DNA from: an uncultured Rhodospirillales bacterium
GTDB lineage: Bacteria > Pseudomonadota > Alphaproteobacteria > RF32 > CAG-239
NCBI GenBank assembly: GCA_902763185.1
Contig: CACWQT010000004.1
Coordinates: forward strand, 54,535-118,534
DNA length: 64,000 bases
Direction: 5' to 3'
Shown: piece by piece, positions 27,901-36,511 of the stretch
How positions within the stretch are numbered: position 1 is the first letter of the stretch
Layout of the letters: each line of letters begins with the position of its first letter
Position numbers and translations under genes: made by a program
Notes under the pieces: model-generated
Told to the model about the DNA's origin: nothing
Seen by the model: the letters and a program-made list of their open reading frames with translations, nothing else
Database searches by the model: none

Positions 27901-30900
27901 TAGTGGCAAAGTTTTAGGATCGGCCGGAAATTATCGTCGTTTGGCTTACGATGAAAACGGCAAAGTGATTGGCTATGTAGACAAAGACGGTAATGTGCGA
28001 GACTTTAATGGTAATTTGATTGGCAAGATGTTGCCGGATGGAACAATTGTAGATAAAAACGGTCGGGTTATTGGTAAAGCCGGAGATTTTAAGCAAGTTG
28101 CAGTTGATAAAGACGGTAATGTGATTGGTTATATAGATGAAAATGGTCGGGTTATCGGGGCTAATAGCAAACTTGTTGGCTTTATAGATAAAAACGGTAA
28201 TGTGATTAAAGCCGGGGATAAAGTTATCGGTAAAACCTGTATCAAGAAAAAGACCATAGTAAACGAGCGTGGAAAAATCATTGGTTATTTGGATAAAGGC
28301 GGCGTTGTTGAAAATTTCCGTGGAAAAGCCATTGGGCAAAATCGCAATGGCACAGTTTTTGATAGCAATAACATTGTTATCGGCAAAACAAGCGTTGCGC
28401 TGAATATGATCAAATTAGGAGATGATATTGTCGGCTATGTTGACGGCAAAAGCTATGCTCGCGGACAGGATAATGAGATTTTTGGTATTGTCGATATGAG
28501 CGGTAATGTTCTTTCTACCAAAAATAATAACATTATCGGCAAAATTGATGTAGGCAAAAAAAGCTTACGCAATCGTAATGACGAAATTATCGGCTATGCC
28601 AAAGAAAATAATTTTGCTTATGATAAAAATAACAAGTTAATTGGTTATGTAAATGATAAAGGAGAAGTTGTTGCTGCTGGTGAAAGATTATGTTCAGCTT
28701 GTAAAGCTGCAAAATTGGCTTATGATAAAGACGGTAATATAATAGGTTATGTAGATGAGAATGGTAATGTTATTGGTCCAGACGGGAAAATTGTCGGCTA
28801 TGTGGACAAAGATGGTAATGTTATTGGAACAAATGGTAAAATTATCGGTCACGTTGGTGAGGGTCGCCGTTTAGCTTATGATAAAAATGGTAAAGTTATC
28901 GGATACATCGAGCCAGATGGCACAGTGCGTGATTTTAAAGGAAATGTTATCGGGCATTTAGATGAAGAAGGCAATATTAGAGATAAAGACGGTAATATTA
29001 TCGGTTATGCAGGTGAAGAACGCCTCTTGGCTTATGACAAAGATGGTAAGGTGATTGGTTATGTTGATGAAAAAGGGCGTGTTATAGATGGTGACGGCAA
29101 TGTTATCGGAGTGGTTGATAAAGACGGTAATATTATCGGTACTGATGGTGAAGTTATTGGCAAAGTAGGGGATGCTAAGAATCTAGTCTATGATGAGAAA
29201 GGCAATGTAATTGGCTATGTAGATGATGACGGGGCGGTTAAAGATTTTAACGGTAATGTGATTGGTTATGTAGATGAAAATGGCAAAGTGCTGAATAATA
29301 CAGGAGAAGTTATTGGCTCTGTTGGCAAAATGGGGCGTCTTGCCTATGATGAAGATGGTAATGTGATTGGCTATGTAGATGAAAATGGCAACGTTTATGA
29401 CTTTAATGGTCGACTAATTGGCAAAGCCTTGCCTGATGGTTCAATTGCAGATGAAAATGGCAATATGATTGGTAAAGTCGGAGATGAGTTGGTGGGGCTG
29501 GCTGTTGATGAAAACGGTAATGTTATCGGTTACATAGGTTCGGACGGTAAAGTTTACGGTGAAAATGGTGAACTGATCGGCTATTTAGATGATGAAGGTA
29601 ATGTTATTGGTCTAACCGGAGATGTTTTAGGCAAAGCTAGTGCCATGAAGAGATTGGCTTATGATGAAAATGGTAATGTGATTGGCTATGTGGATGATGA
29701 TGGAACGGTTCGAGATTTTGATGGCAATGTTATCGGATATTTAGGTGAAGACGGTAAAACAATTCATGATTTGAACGGTAAAGTTATCGGTTATGCCGGA
29801 GATTTGGCACGTGTTGTTTTAGATGAAGACGGCAATGTTATCGGTTATGTTGATGAAAAAGGACGTGTTATCGGTAAAGACGGTGAAATCATAGGTGTTT
29901 TAGGAGATGATGGAACAGTTTATGCAACATCAGGTGAAGTTATCGGTAAAGTTGCTAATGCAACCAATGCAAAGTTAGGAGTTGTTAAACGTCGGGCTGT
30001 CTTAGATAAAGATGGCAATGTTATCGGTTATATAGATGAAAACGGTATACCACGTGATTTTAATGGCAATATATTGGGAACATTAAGAGAAGATGGAACG
30101 ATTGTTGATAAAGATGGCAACGTCATCGGTCGTGTCGGTAATGAAATAGAGTATACAGTTGATGAAACCGGCAAAATTATCGGCGTTGTCGGAGGATATT
30201 CCAATTTAGTTGTTGATAAAAATGGTAAAGTTATCGGATATGTTGGTAAAGATGGCAAAGTCTATGGTCTTGACGGCGTGATGATTGGCTATATAGATGA
30301 AAACGGTAATGCCATAACTTCTCGCGGAATAAAAATTGGTGCCGTCGTTAAGAAAGATATGTTAACTGTTTCCCCTCAAGGCAAAAGCTTAGGATTGATT
30401 AATAATCGAGGCGAAGTATTGAATACCGAAGAAGAAATCATTGGTAAAATATTGCCCAATGGGCTTATTAAAGCGGTTGAAAGCGATAAAATTATTGGAA
30501 AAACAGTTATTGGAGGTATGGCGTTAGGTTGGGATTGCAAACAATTGGGATATGTTGAAAAAGATTTAAGTATTAAGAATAACAATAAAGAAACAGACTA
30601 TAAAATGCTGTTTGACCGCAGTATCGTTGATAAAAATGGCAAACATGTCGGTGATGTTGTCAAAATCGGCTGGGTGAGAGATAATAAGTGCAATTTGATA
30701 GGTAAAGTAGACTATGACGGTAGCGTGAAAAATGAAAAAGGTGAATATATCGGATGCTCTAATCCTGATGGGCGAGTGATAAGTAAAAATAACGGTAAAA
30801 TTATCGGTAAAGTCTATGAACCTGGATTTGCATTATATTATAACGGAAAATATATGGGATTACTTAGTCCGGATGGAAGCATCAGATCTGGTAAAACATT

Positions 30901-32200
30901 GGTGGGCTGTGCTAATTTAGACAATGAAGTGTTAAACAGAGACGGCTTTGTTATCGGATATATTATGGATAAAACAGCGGTATATGATAAAGACGGAAAA
31001 TTTGTAGATAATATGCATCAAAATAATTATAATGAACCTTTAATTCCTAATACCAAGATACTGTTTAACAAACTGTTGGTTAACTCCAAAAAAGAGATTA
31101 AAGGAATTATTCTGCCCGAAAAGAATATTATAATTGGCGCTAATGGTAATGTTATAGGGCATTTATTTGCTGATGGTAAAATATATAATCAAAAGGGCAT
31201 AGCGGTAGATAATATAAATTCCGATGGTAATTCATTTTATGCGGGACAGGCTGGGAGAATATTGCCCAAAGGCAATGTGGTTGATTTCTTTGGTGACATC
31301 ATAGGATTTATAGATGATAATGCGGATGTCATAGATGAAACAGGCAATGTTTTAGGTCATATTGATGCAAAAGGACGCATGTTCACTAAAGACGGTGAAT
31401 ACAAAGGAGGTATTGTAAAAACCGGTGCTGGTATTGGATATGACGGTTCTTATTTAGGTTATGTAAGTAAGAGCGGAAAGGTTGTTGATGTAGATGGTAA
31501 TATCACCGGTATAATAAGTTCCGATGGTCATATACTGGATAATAATAAGCAGATTGTTGGAGAAGTTATCTCAGAAGACTTTGTGATTGACATTCAAGGC
31601 AATATTAAAGGCTATGTTAATGTATTAGGGGATGTTATAGATTTGGATGATAAAATTTCCGGAGCTATTTTACCGGGGGGAACATCTGGCAAAAATTATA
31701 GTGTTATTAGAAACGGAGCAATAGTCGATTATTCGGGATCAATTATCGGACAAGTTTCTGCCGGTGGTGAAATATTATCCGTAGCAAATAAGCAAATTGG
31801 GCGCATACTGGGATCTAATAAAGCAATAAACGATAAAGGGGCACTAATGGGAGAACTGGTTGAAGGCGATATTGTTATCAATGAGCAAGATAAAGTAGTT
31901 GGCTTTGTAAATATGGACGGAAAAGTGGTTAATAAAGAAAAAGCAGTCATCGGAAAAGTCATTTCGGCAAATTTAGTTGTAGATAACAATGGAAAAATTA
32001 TGGGACATACATATAAAATAGGTGCTAATATACTAAGCAATGACGGAAAATTTATTGGTCGCTTAGCGCCAAACGGGGAAGTTTTAAGCACCACTAACGG
32101 CAAAATAGGATATTTAAAAAGCAATGGCACATATATCAATACTAAAAATAAAGTTTCCGGCTATGTATTGGATGAAGTAGCACAAAATCGGAGGAACTAG
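24941..32200 (+). CDS. Giant (2419 aa) single-pass membrane protein built of D-x-x-G-x-h-I-G short repeats, unknown family
   Basis: Its ATG overlaps the virB9 stop (ATGA at 24941-24944). It has a TM helix LIVLTGIIFGVLFLFGLLII, an acidic linker and a Cys-containing beta-rich module (CRGKDLRGNETCNVLISWIPHLPGN). From ~25600 to the stop the repeats are continuous, e.g. LAYDKDGNVIGYVDENGNVRDFNGNLIGK. Confidence 0.8.
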   Translation: MSENTRFEEYEKKTRKLIVLTGIIFGVLFLFGLLIISSDGEDYNPEEAAPEFTEDESMTATVEDTEDMSIETEDENISEKKKPITIIPSQINMNEFVLGVDTQNQTVLTIGTDGTESIHIVRVDLVEETEDGFIPTDKCRGKDLRGNETCNVLISWIPHLPGNVQNNFKIIWYESRLGPQNAKSEIVSIRGNAIYPEDNYSKYQGEGNASTTIQPSGMRKGAHRLAIGPNGEIIGYIDEAGNVYDKEGNLIGRVNEEGLVVDENGNVIGVAQNMRLAYDKDGNLMGYVKTDGSVVDFNGNVIGKALPDGTIVDENGKVIGHAVEAGFVYDENGKITGRVLPDGTVVDINDPNKVIGHLNEKGEVVDEKGNVIGKVTSSGEIVVDEDGNVLGVVMPDNSVVDKDGNIVGYVGEDGTVYKTSAEKIGANGDSHKLVYDADGKAIGYIDENGNVVKFSDMEGKGNGISAHLAYDKDGNVIGTISPDGTVRDFKGNIIGQVDKDGNIRDKNGNIIGHAGGMARLAYDKDGNVIGTIDPDGTVRDLKGNIIGHVDKDGNIRDKDGNIIGRAGGMAQLAYDKDGNVIGTISPDGTVRDFKGNIIGQVGKDGNIRDKNGNIIGRAGGMAQLAYDKNGNVIGAIDPDGAVRDFKGNIIGHVDKDGNIRDKDGNTIGTTNTNKLANTKGGKIIGKVGSSRRLALDKNGNVIGYIESDGTVKDFNGNIIGRLDKDGNIRDKDGNIIGKAGSYAKLALDKDGNVIGYVDEKGRVFDALGKQIGYVDENGNIVSLDGGAGADKKRLAIGSNGEVIGYIDDDGNVYDFEGNLIGKVDKDGNIKDKNGNIIGKAGEYKTLAYDKDGKVIGYIDDNGRVIGKDSKVIGYVDENGMIIGTTGKVIGKAGKSGRIAYNNDKKFIGYVETDGRVIACGGAEIGKMNKNGDIYNGNKKIGTAGEVRELAFGANNVFIGYIDDKKRVVDCDGKVIAVVDKNGNIIASSGKVLGSAGNYRRLAYDENGKVIGYVDKDGNVRDFNGNLIGKMLPDGTIVDKNGRVIGKAGDFKQVAVDKDGNVIGYIDENGRVIGANSKLVGFIDKNGNVIKAGDKVIGKTCIKKKTIVNERGKIIGYLDKGGVVENFRGKAIGQNRNGTVFDSNNIVIGKTSVALNMIKLGDDIVGYVDGKSYARGQDNEIFGIVDMSGNVLSTKNNNIIGKIDVGKKSLRNRNDEIIGYAKENNFAYDKNNKLIGYVNDKGEVVAAGERLCSACKAAKLAYDKDGNIIGYVDENGNVIGPDGKIVGYVDKDGNVIGTNGKIIGHVGEGRRLAYDKNGKVIGYIEPDGTVRDFKGNVIGHLDEEGNIRDKDGNIIGYAGEERLLAYDKDGKVIGYVDEKGRVIDGDGNVIGVVDKDGNIIGTDGEVIGKVGDAKNLVYDEKGNVIGYVDDDGAVKDFNGNVIGYVDENGKVLNNTGEVIGSVGKMGRLAYDEDGNVIGYVDENGNVYDFNGRLIGKALPDGSIADENGNMIGKVGDELVGLAVDENGNVIGYIGSDGKVYGENGELIGYLDDEGNVIGLTGDVLGKASAMKRLAYDENGNVIGYVDDDGTVRDFDGNVIGYLGEDGKTIHDLNGKVIGYAGDLARVVLDEDGNVIGYVDEKGRVIGKDGEIIGVLGDDGTVYATSGEVIGKVANATNAKLGVVKRRAVLDKDGNVIGYIDENGIPRDFNGNILGTLREDGTIVDKDGNVIGRVGNEIEYTVDETGKIIGVVGGYSNLVVDKNGKVIGYVGKDGKVYGLDGVMIGYIDENGNAITSRGIKIGAVVKKDMLTVSPQGKSLGLINNRGEVLNTEEEIIGKILPNGLIKAVESDKIIGKTVIGGMALGWDCKQLGYVEKDLSIKNNNKETDYKMLFDRSIVDKNGKHVGDVVKIGWVRDNKCNLIGKVDYDGSVKNEKGEYIGCSNPDGRVISKNNGKIIGKVYEPGFALYYNGKYMGLLSPDGSIRSGKTLVGCANLDNEVLNRDGFVIGYIMDKTAVYDKDGKFVDNMHQNNYNEPLIPNTKILFNKLLVNSKKEIKGIILPEKNIIIGANGNVIGHLFADGKIYNQKGIAVDNINSDGNSFYAGQAGRILPKGNVVDFFGDIIGFIDDNADVIDETGNVLGHIDAKGRMFTKDGEYKGGIVKTGAGIGYDGSYLGYVSKSGKVVDVDGNITGIISSDGHILDNNKQIVGEVISEDFVIDIQGNIKGYVNVLGDVIDLDDKISGAILPGGTSGKNYSVIRNGAIVDYSGSIIGQVSAGGEILSVANKQIGRILGSNKAINDKGALMGELVEGDIVINEQDKVVGFVNMDGKVVNKEKAVIGKVISANLVVDNNGKIMGHTYKIGANILSNDGKFIGRLAPNGEVLSTTNGKIGYLKSNGTYINTKNKVSGYVLDEVAQNRRN
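25600..32170 (+). repeat. Protein-level array of ~17-20-aa repeats, often grouped as ~52-aa super-repeats
   Basis: Read directly from the translation. The recurring unit is h-x-h-D-x-x-G-x-h-I-G-x, and the super-repeat is LAYDKDGNVIGxIxPDGTVRDFKGNIIGxVDKDGNIRDKxGNIIGxAGxxxx. The boundaries are approximate. Confidence 0.8.
26342..26965 (+). repeat. Near-identical in-frame DNA tandem repeats (156-bp units in an A-B-A'-B' arrangement, 312-bp period)
   Basis: Units start at 26342, 26498, 26654 and 26810. Unit 1 and unit 3 differ at one position (gac/ggc) over the first ~135 nt on manual comparison. Units 2 and 4 share long identical blocks, e.g. atcatcggtcatgtagataaagatggtaacatcagagataaagatggtaata. 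Confidence 0.85.
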
Positions 32201-32201
32201 A

Positions 32202-35200
32202 GTGCATATTAAAACATTAAAAATGAAGCAAATAGCTCTGGTGTTTATGATGTCCTTTTTAGGCAGTGCTTCCGTCTATGCCGCAGATATGAGCGCTTTA
32301 GACTATAATGGTGATTTGTTAGGAAAAGTTATTCCGGATGGTTCTGTAATAAATGCGCAAAACGAATTGATAGGACACATTACGGCTGACGGCTCAGTTA
32401 TGGATGATAATAATAATTTGATAGGTGGTGTTGTTCCTCAAGGAATTGCAATTTCTGTAAATAACTCTGTTTTAGGGAAAGTTAATAATGATGGTTCTGT
32501 AACCTCAGCAGATGATAGCTTGGTGGGTAAAGTTTTACCTAACGGTCTGGTTGTCGATTTAAACTATAATGTACTTGGCGCAGTGGTTGTTCCCGGATTG
32601 GTATATAATGATGATGGAAATATAATCGGACGCATATCCGGAGATGGAAAATTCTATACTCTTGACGGAATAAGTTCCGGATTTATTACTTCTACGGGCG
32701 AGGTTTATGCGGTATCAGAGGCCAGTAGAAAAGAAGTATTGGTAGGTAGGGTGATTTCATCAAAAATTGTTATTTCTTCTAACGGGAGGTTTTTAGGCAG
32801 TATATCTCCCGATGGCAAGGTTATGGATTTAAAGAAAAATCTCATAGGCAATGTCCATGCCAATGGCTTTGTATATAATGCTGACGGATTAGCTATCGGA
32901 CATATTGTAAAGCAAGGATATGCCTTCAATTTGGACGGTTCATACTTAGGATCAATCAGTTATAATGGAGAAGTGATAAACAAAGGCACAACAGTTGCTT
33001 TTAGTTCGTATGATGATAAAATTATCGGAAAAGATGGAAAAGTTATCGGCTTTGCAACTAATACCTCTGCAACGGCAAATACTTTAGATGGCAAATATTT
33101 AGGATATATCATTAATAATGGGAATATTGCTAAAGGAAGAGAAATTGTCGGTAAAATAGGTGCTTCCGGTGATGTGATAGATTCAACGGGAAAGGTTATC
33201 GGATTTATAAATAAAACCGGTCCAATTTTTGATTACACAGGTGAAGTTCAAGCAACAGCTGCTGTTAACGGTGCCGTTATATCCTTAAACGGTATTGAAC
33301 AAGGGTATATGCAAAAGAAACGCGCATATGATTATAAAGACAAAGAGATCGGCCGTATTTTAAGCAATAAAGTGAACTTTGATAACAGTAATAATTTTAT
33401 GGGTTTAAGTGGTATTTCCTCCTCACTTGTGCATCAGGGAAAAGCATATAGAATCTCGCCTTACGGTTATATATTTGATGAAACAGGTAATATTGTCGGA
33501 CAAAATTATGATTTATCTGGGGTATATGCACCGGATGGTGCACTTTTAGCTGGCGTTTCCGGTAATGGTAAAATAGAAAATATAGCCTTAAGCGAAAAGT
33601 CAAAAATGACAAATGCTGGTTATTTATTATCTGCCGATGATAAAATTTTAGGGCGTGTGATTGCAAAAGAATATGCGACAAATTTCAGAGGAAAAGATTT
33701 AGGTTATGTAAATCCGACCAATTTAATTATTGGTACCCAAAATAATGTGGTAGCTAAAATTTTACCAAACGGCAATGTCGTGAGCAATAATGCAAGCGAA
33801 ACACAAATAATGGGATATGCAGATGATGCGCCGTTCAGTATTAGCATTAATGGTGACTATTTAGGCGCCAATAAACCCAATGGTGAAGTTCAAAAAGGGA
33901 CAGAAGTAGTTGGTAATATAACATCTAACCAATATGTTATAGATAACATGGGTGCATTATATGGAAAGACATTATCTTATGGTGTGATAATTTCTAAGAA
34001 TTGTAAGTTTTTAGGTGTCGTGTCGGATAAAGGAGATGCAAGAACAGCTAAAAATAGCTATTTGGGTATGATTTTAGCTAATAATCAAGTGATAAACGAC
34101 GCGGAAGAAGTAATCGGTTACATGATTACCCCTAAAGTCGTAAATGGCAAAAAAGGTGCTGTTATAGGTGTAGAAACACCTTTAGGAACAGTGTTAAATT
34201 ACAAAAGTCAAAATTTAGGCTGTCAGGATATTTATGGCAAAATAAGAAATACGCAAAAAGAAGTTGTCGGACAAGTTATTCCCAATGTCTCTGTAATGGA
34301 TTTCAGTAATAAAATTATCGGAAATATTAATTTTAATGGAGAAATAGAAGACATTTCCGGAAATAAAGTGGGCTATATAGATATTGATGGTGGCGCACAT
34401 GCAAACAGCGGAGAAGATATCGGTAGCTTGTTTGAATATACGGTAGCTTTTGATAATAATAATACTTATATTGGTCAGATTAATGATGAAGGAAAGGTCA
34501 TTAATGAAAATGGCGAAAACATCGGAACGGTTAATTATGACGGTGCTGTTTTATTAAATGATGGTCAACTTGGCTATGCACTTTATGATTTGTATATATA
34601 TGATAATGAAGGAAACACAATTGGCTATATCGCCAAAAATGGTCGTGTATATAGCATAATGGGGGATGTTAAAGGTTCTGTTTACAAAGGATTTTGTTTA
34701 GATAAAAAACAAAATCTTATTGGTCGAGGGGCACGTGATTATTATATACGTGATGGTGAGCAAAAAATTTTGGGTTACTTGGGGTTAGATGGAAAAGTTA
34801 CTAATATACGGAATATAGAAGTCGGTCAATTAGGAACTAACGGTGAAATACTGGATACAAACGGAACGGTGATTGCCACAGCTAATCCTTTGCAATATTA
34901 TCAAAAAGAAGTTGTTGAAGAACCTGAACTGATACCTGAACCAGAAATAGAACCGGAAGCAACAGAGACCGAAGAAGATGAACCGGAGGTTCTGGAAGAA
35001 ACTAGCGATGAAGAAAACATTGAGGATATAGAGACAGAAGAAGAACTTCCAGATACAAATTTCTCCCAAAATATAATAGGTGTCGCATTAAGCCCGACAG
35101 GGCAATATTTAGGTCAAATAAATGACAATAATGAGGTTTTGGATAGCAACGGAAATGTAATTGCCAGAGTTGATGAAAATGGAAACATTATTGATGAGCA

Positions 35201-36452
35201 TGGTAATAAAATCGGCGAATTCCAAGGGCAACAATCAGAAAGACCTCAAGTCTCAAACAGTAATTGGTTTAAGGATATAATAAAGGGTGTAACAGTATCT
35301 CCTTATGATGATACAAACAATATATCCAATGTAGGTGAGGGTGGAGGTATTGGACCTGGCGGACGATACAATCCGCGCCGAGCGGCAATTTTAAGCCGGT
35401 TATATGCAGAACGGCGGCAAAGTCTGTCCGGCACAAAGATTGGAAATCCATCAGATATATCAGTTTATACCGGCTGGCAGGAGGACTGGGGAGCGGTTGC
35501 CAATATCAATAAAACCATATCTACATTGCGTGTAGATATGAGTAATATGATAACTTCAGATAAACCAATTCCTGCTATTTTGGCTCGCACGGTAATTTCT
35601 TTAGGTAAAGCACCTATTACAGCTATCGTAGAACGTAATATTTATGGAGAACATGGGCGTAACGTGATTATTCCTGCAGGTAGTCGAATTATCGGTGTTT
35701 GGGATAATGACGAGAATGATGAAGATGGAATGACCAGAGATGATGGTAATAGCGGTGGATTAAAGTTAGAGATGCGTTGGCAACGTATCATCCGTCCGGA
35801 TGGCATAGCCTTTAAATTAGATAGTTCTGAAACAGGTGATGCCCAAGGTCGTGGTGGCGGCGCATTAGGTTATGTAGATGAACAACTGATAAGAAAATAT
35901 GCTATGCCGTTATTTGGCAACGTAGCCACCTCAGCAATAGCCTATATGATGGCAGTTAATGAAGATTCAAAAGGTGATGTGGAAAACTCAAAGCAACAGG
36001 CAGCTTCAGATGCCAGAGAGAACTTTCTTGAAAAAATGAATGATATCCTGGATAAAATTATGGAGAAAAAAGAAGAAATAACTCCGGTAACTTATATACC
36101 GGCAGGTACAAGAGTTATTATTTATCCGATGGCAGATTTATGGTTGAGAACAACCAAGAATATAGAAAGCTATGCTGGTTCAGACATCAAGAAAGACAAC
36201 ACTTCATTTGTCGATGATGATGAAACAGAAATGGAAAATGATCAAATGAGAAACAAAATGCAAAACCGCAACAACAGCAACAGCCAACAACCAATAAATA
36301 ATGATGCAAACAAAGCAACAGGTTCTGATACGACCAATCAATCCGGTAACAGCGGTGGGCGTTCCAATGTTGCATTACCGCCACCATCAGCTGATGGCTC
36401 CGGAGGACAAATGCCGGAGGAAAGCAAAGATGACATGGAACTGGAGTTTTAG
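32202..36452 (+). CDS. virB10: VirB10/TrbI-family protein expanded to 1416 aa by the same short repeat
   Basis: GTG start 6 nt after GGAGGAA and 1 nt after the upstream stop. Signal/anchor is MKQIALVFMMSFLGSASVYA. About 850 aa of repeats follow (DYNGDLLGKVIPDGSVINAQNELIGHITADGSVMDDNNNLIGGVV...), then the acidic Pro/Glu linker EEPELIPEPEIEPEATETEEDEPEVLEE. The C-terminal VirB10 domain is ISTLRVDMSNMITSDKPIPAILARTVISLGKAPITAIVERNIYGEHGRNVIIPAGSRIIGVW...LEMRWQRIIRPDGIAFKLDSSETGDAQGRGGGALGYVDEQLIRKY. Confidence 0.8.
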   Translation: MHIKTLKMKQIALVFMMSFLGSASVYAADMSALDYNGDLLGKVIPDGSVINAQNELIGHITADGSVMDDNNNLIGGVVPQGIAISVNNSVLGKVNNDGSVTSADDSLVGKVLPNGLVVDLNYNVLGAVVVPGLVYNDDGNIIGRISGDGKFYTLDGISSGFITSTGEVYAVSEASRKEVLVGRVISSKIVISSNGRFLGSISPDGKVMDLKKNLIGNVHANGFVYNADGLAIGHIVKQGYAFNLDGSYLGSISYNGEVINKGTTVAFSSYDDKIIGKDGKVIGFATNTSATANTLDGKYLGYIINNGNIAKGREIVGKIGASGDVIDSTGKVIGFINKTGPIFDYTGEVQATAAVNGAVISLNGIEQGYMQKKRAYDYKDKEIGRILSNKVNFDNSNNFMGLSGISSSLVHQGKAYRISPYGYIFDETGNIVGQNYDLSGVYAPDGALLAGVSGNGKIENIALSEKSKMTNAGYLLSADDKILGRVIAKEYATNFRGKDLGYVNPTNLIIGTQNNVVAKILPNGNVVSNNASETQIMGYADDAPFSISINGDYLGANKPNGEVQKGTEVVGNITSNQYVIDNMGALYGKTLSYGVIISKNCKFLGVVSDKGDARTAKNSYLGMILANNQVINDAEEVIGYMITPKVVNGKKGAVIGVETPLGTVLNYKSQNLGCQDIYGKIRNTQKEVVGQVIPNVSVMDFSNKIIGNINFNGEIEDISGNKVGYIDIDGGAHANSGEDIGSLFEYTVAFDNNNTYIGQINDEGKVINENGENIGTVNYDGAVLLNDGQLGYALYDLYIYDNEGNTIGYIAKNGRVYSIMGDVKGSVYKGFCLDKKQNLIGRGARDYYIRDGEQKILGYLGLDGKVTNIRNIEVGQLGTNGEILDTNGTVIATANPLQYYQKEVVEEPELIPEPEIEPEATETEEDEPEVLEETSDEENIEDIETEEELPDTNFSQNIIGVALSPTGQYLGQINDNNEVLDSNGNVIARVDENGNIIDEHGNKIGEFQGQQSERPQVSNSNWFKDIIKGVTVSPYDDTNNISNVGEGGGIGPGGRYNPRRAAILSRLYAERRQSLSGTKIGNPSDISVYTGWQEDWGAVANINKTISTLRVDMSNMITSDKPIPAILARTVISLGKAPITAIVERNIYGEHGRNVIIPAGSRIIGVWDNDENDEDGMTRDDGNSGGLKLEMRWQRIIRPDGIAFKLDSSETGDAQGRGGGALGYVDEQLIRKYAMPLFGNVATSAIAYMMAVNEDSKGDVENSKQQAASDARENFLEKMNDILDKIMEKKEEITPVTYIPAGTRVIIYPMADLWLRTTKNIESYAGSDIKKDNTSFVDDDETEMENDQMRNKMQNRNNSNSQQPINNDANKATGSDTTNQSGNSGGRSNVALPPPSADGSGGQMPEESKDDMELEF
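32290..34900 (+). repeat. Protein-level short-repeat array within virB10, same type as in the upstream giant gene
   Basis: Read from the translation. The units are more divergent than in the 24941 gene, and a few more copies lie after the acidic linker (~35070-35220). The boundaries are approximate. Confidence 0.7.
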
Positions 36453-36457
36453 CCGGG

Positions 36458-36486
36458 TTGACATAAAAAGATAAATAGGGTAGAAT
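36458..36486 (+). promoter_or_regulatory. Candidate sigma70-type promoter upstream of virB11
   Basis: TTGACA (36458-36463), 17-nt spacer, TAGAAT (36481-36486), in the 59-nt virB10-virB11 gap. Pattern only. Confidence 0.45.
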
Positions 36487-36511
36487 ATCAAGTATGTTAG
36501 GGAGATAGTCA

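Noticed and set aside
25469-32139. Antisense ORFs within the giant gene, e.g. 25469-25756, 27256-27504, 27914-28339, 30028-30258 and 31729-32139.
   Set aside because: Their translations are low-complexity mirror images of the sense repeats (P/S/I/T-rich). They lack ribosome-binding sites and lie entirely inside a much longer, motif-bearing sense ORF.
25600-32170. DKDGN turns as EF-hand or RTX-type calcium-binding repeats.
   Set aside because: Position 6 is not Gly and position 8 is not hydrophobic, as EF-hand loops require. The GGxGxD nonapeptide of RTX is absent. Calcium binding is kept only as a testable speculation within the main finding.
24941-36452. The giant repeat ORF and virB10 might be one frameshifted or interrupted gene, that is, a pseudogenised ~3800-aa VirB10.
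   Set aside because: The two ORFs are in different frames. The downstream ORF has its own strong SD (GGAGGAA, 6 nt before GTG 32202) and its own signal-peptide-like N-terminus (MKQIALVFMMSFLGSASVYA). I see no remnant coding continuity across the junction. Read-level verification of 32190-32210 would still be prudent.
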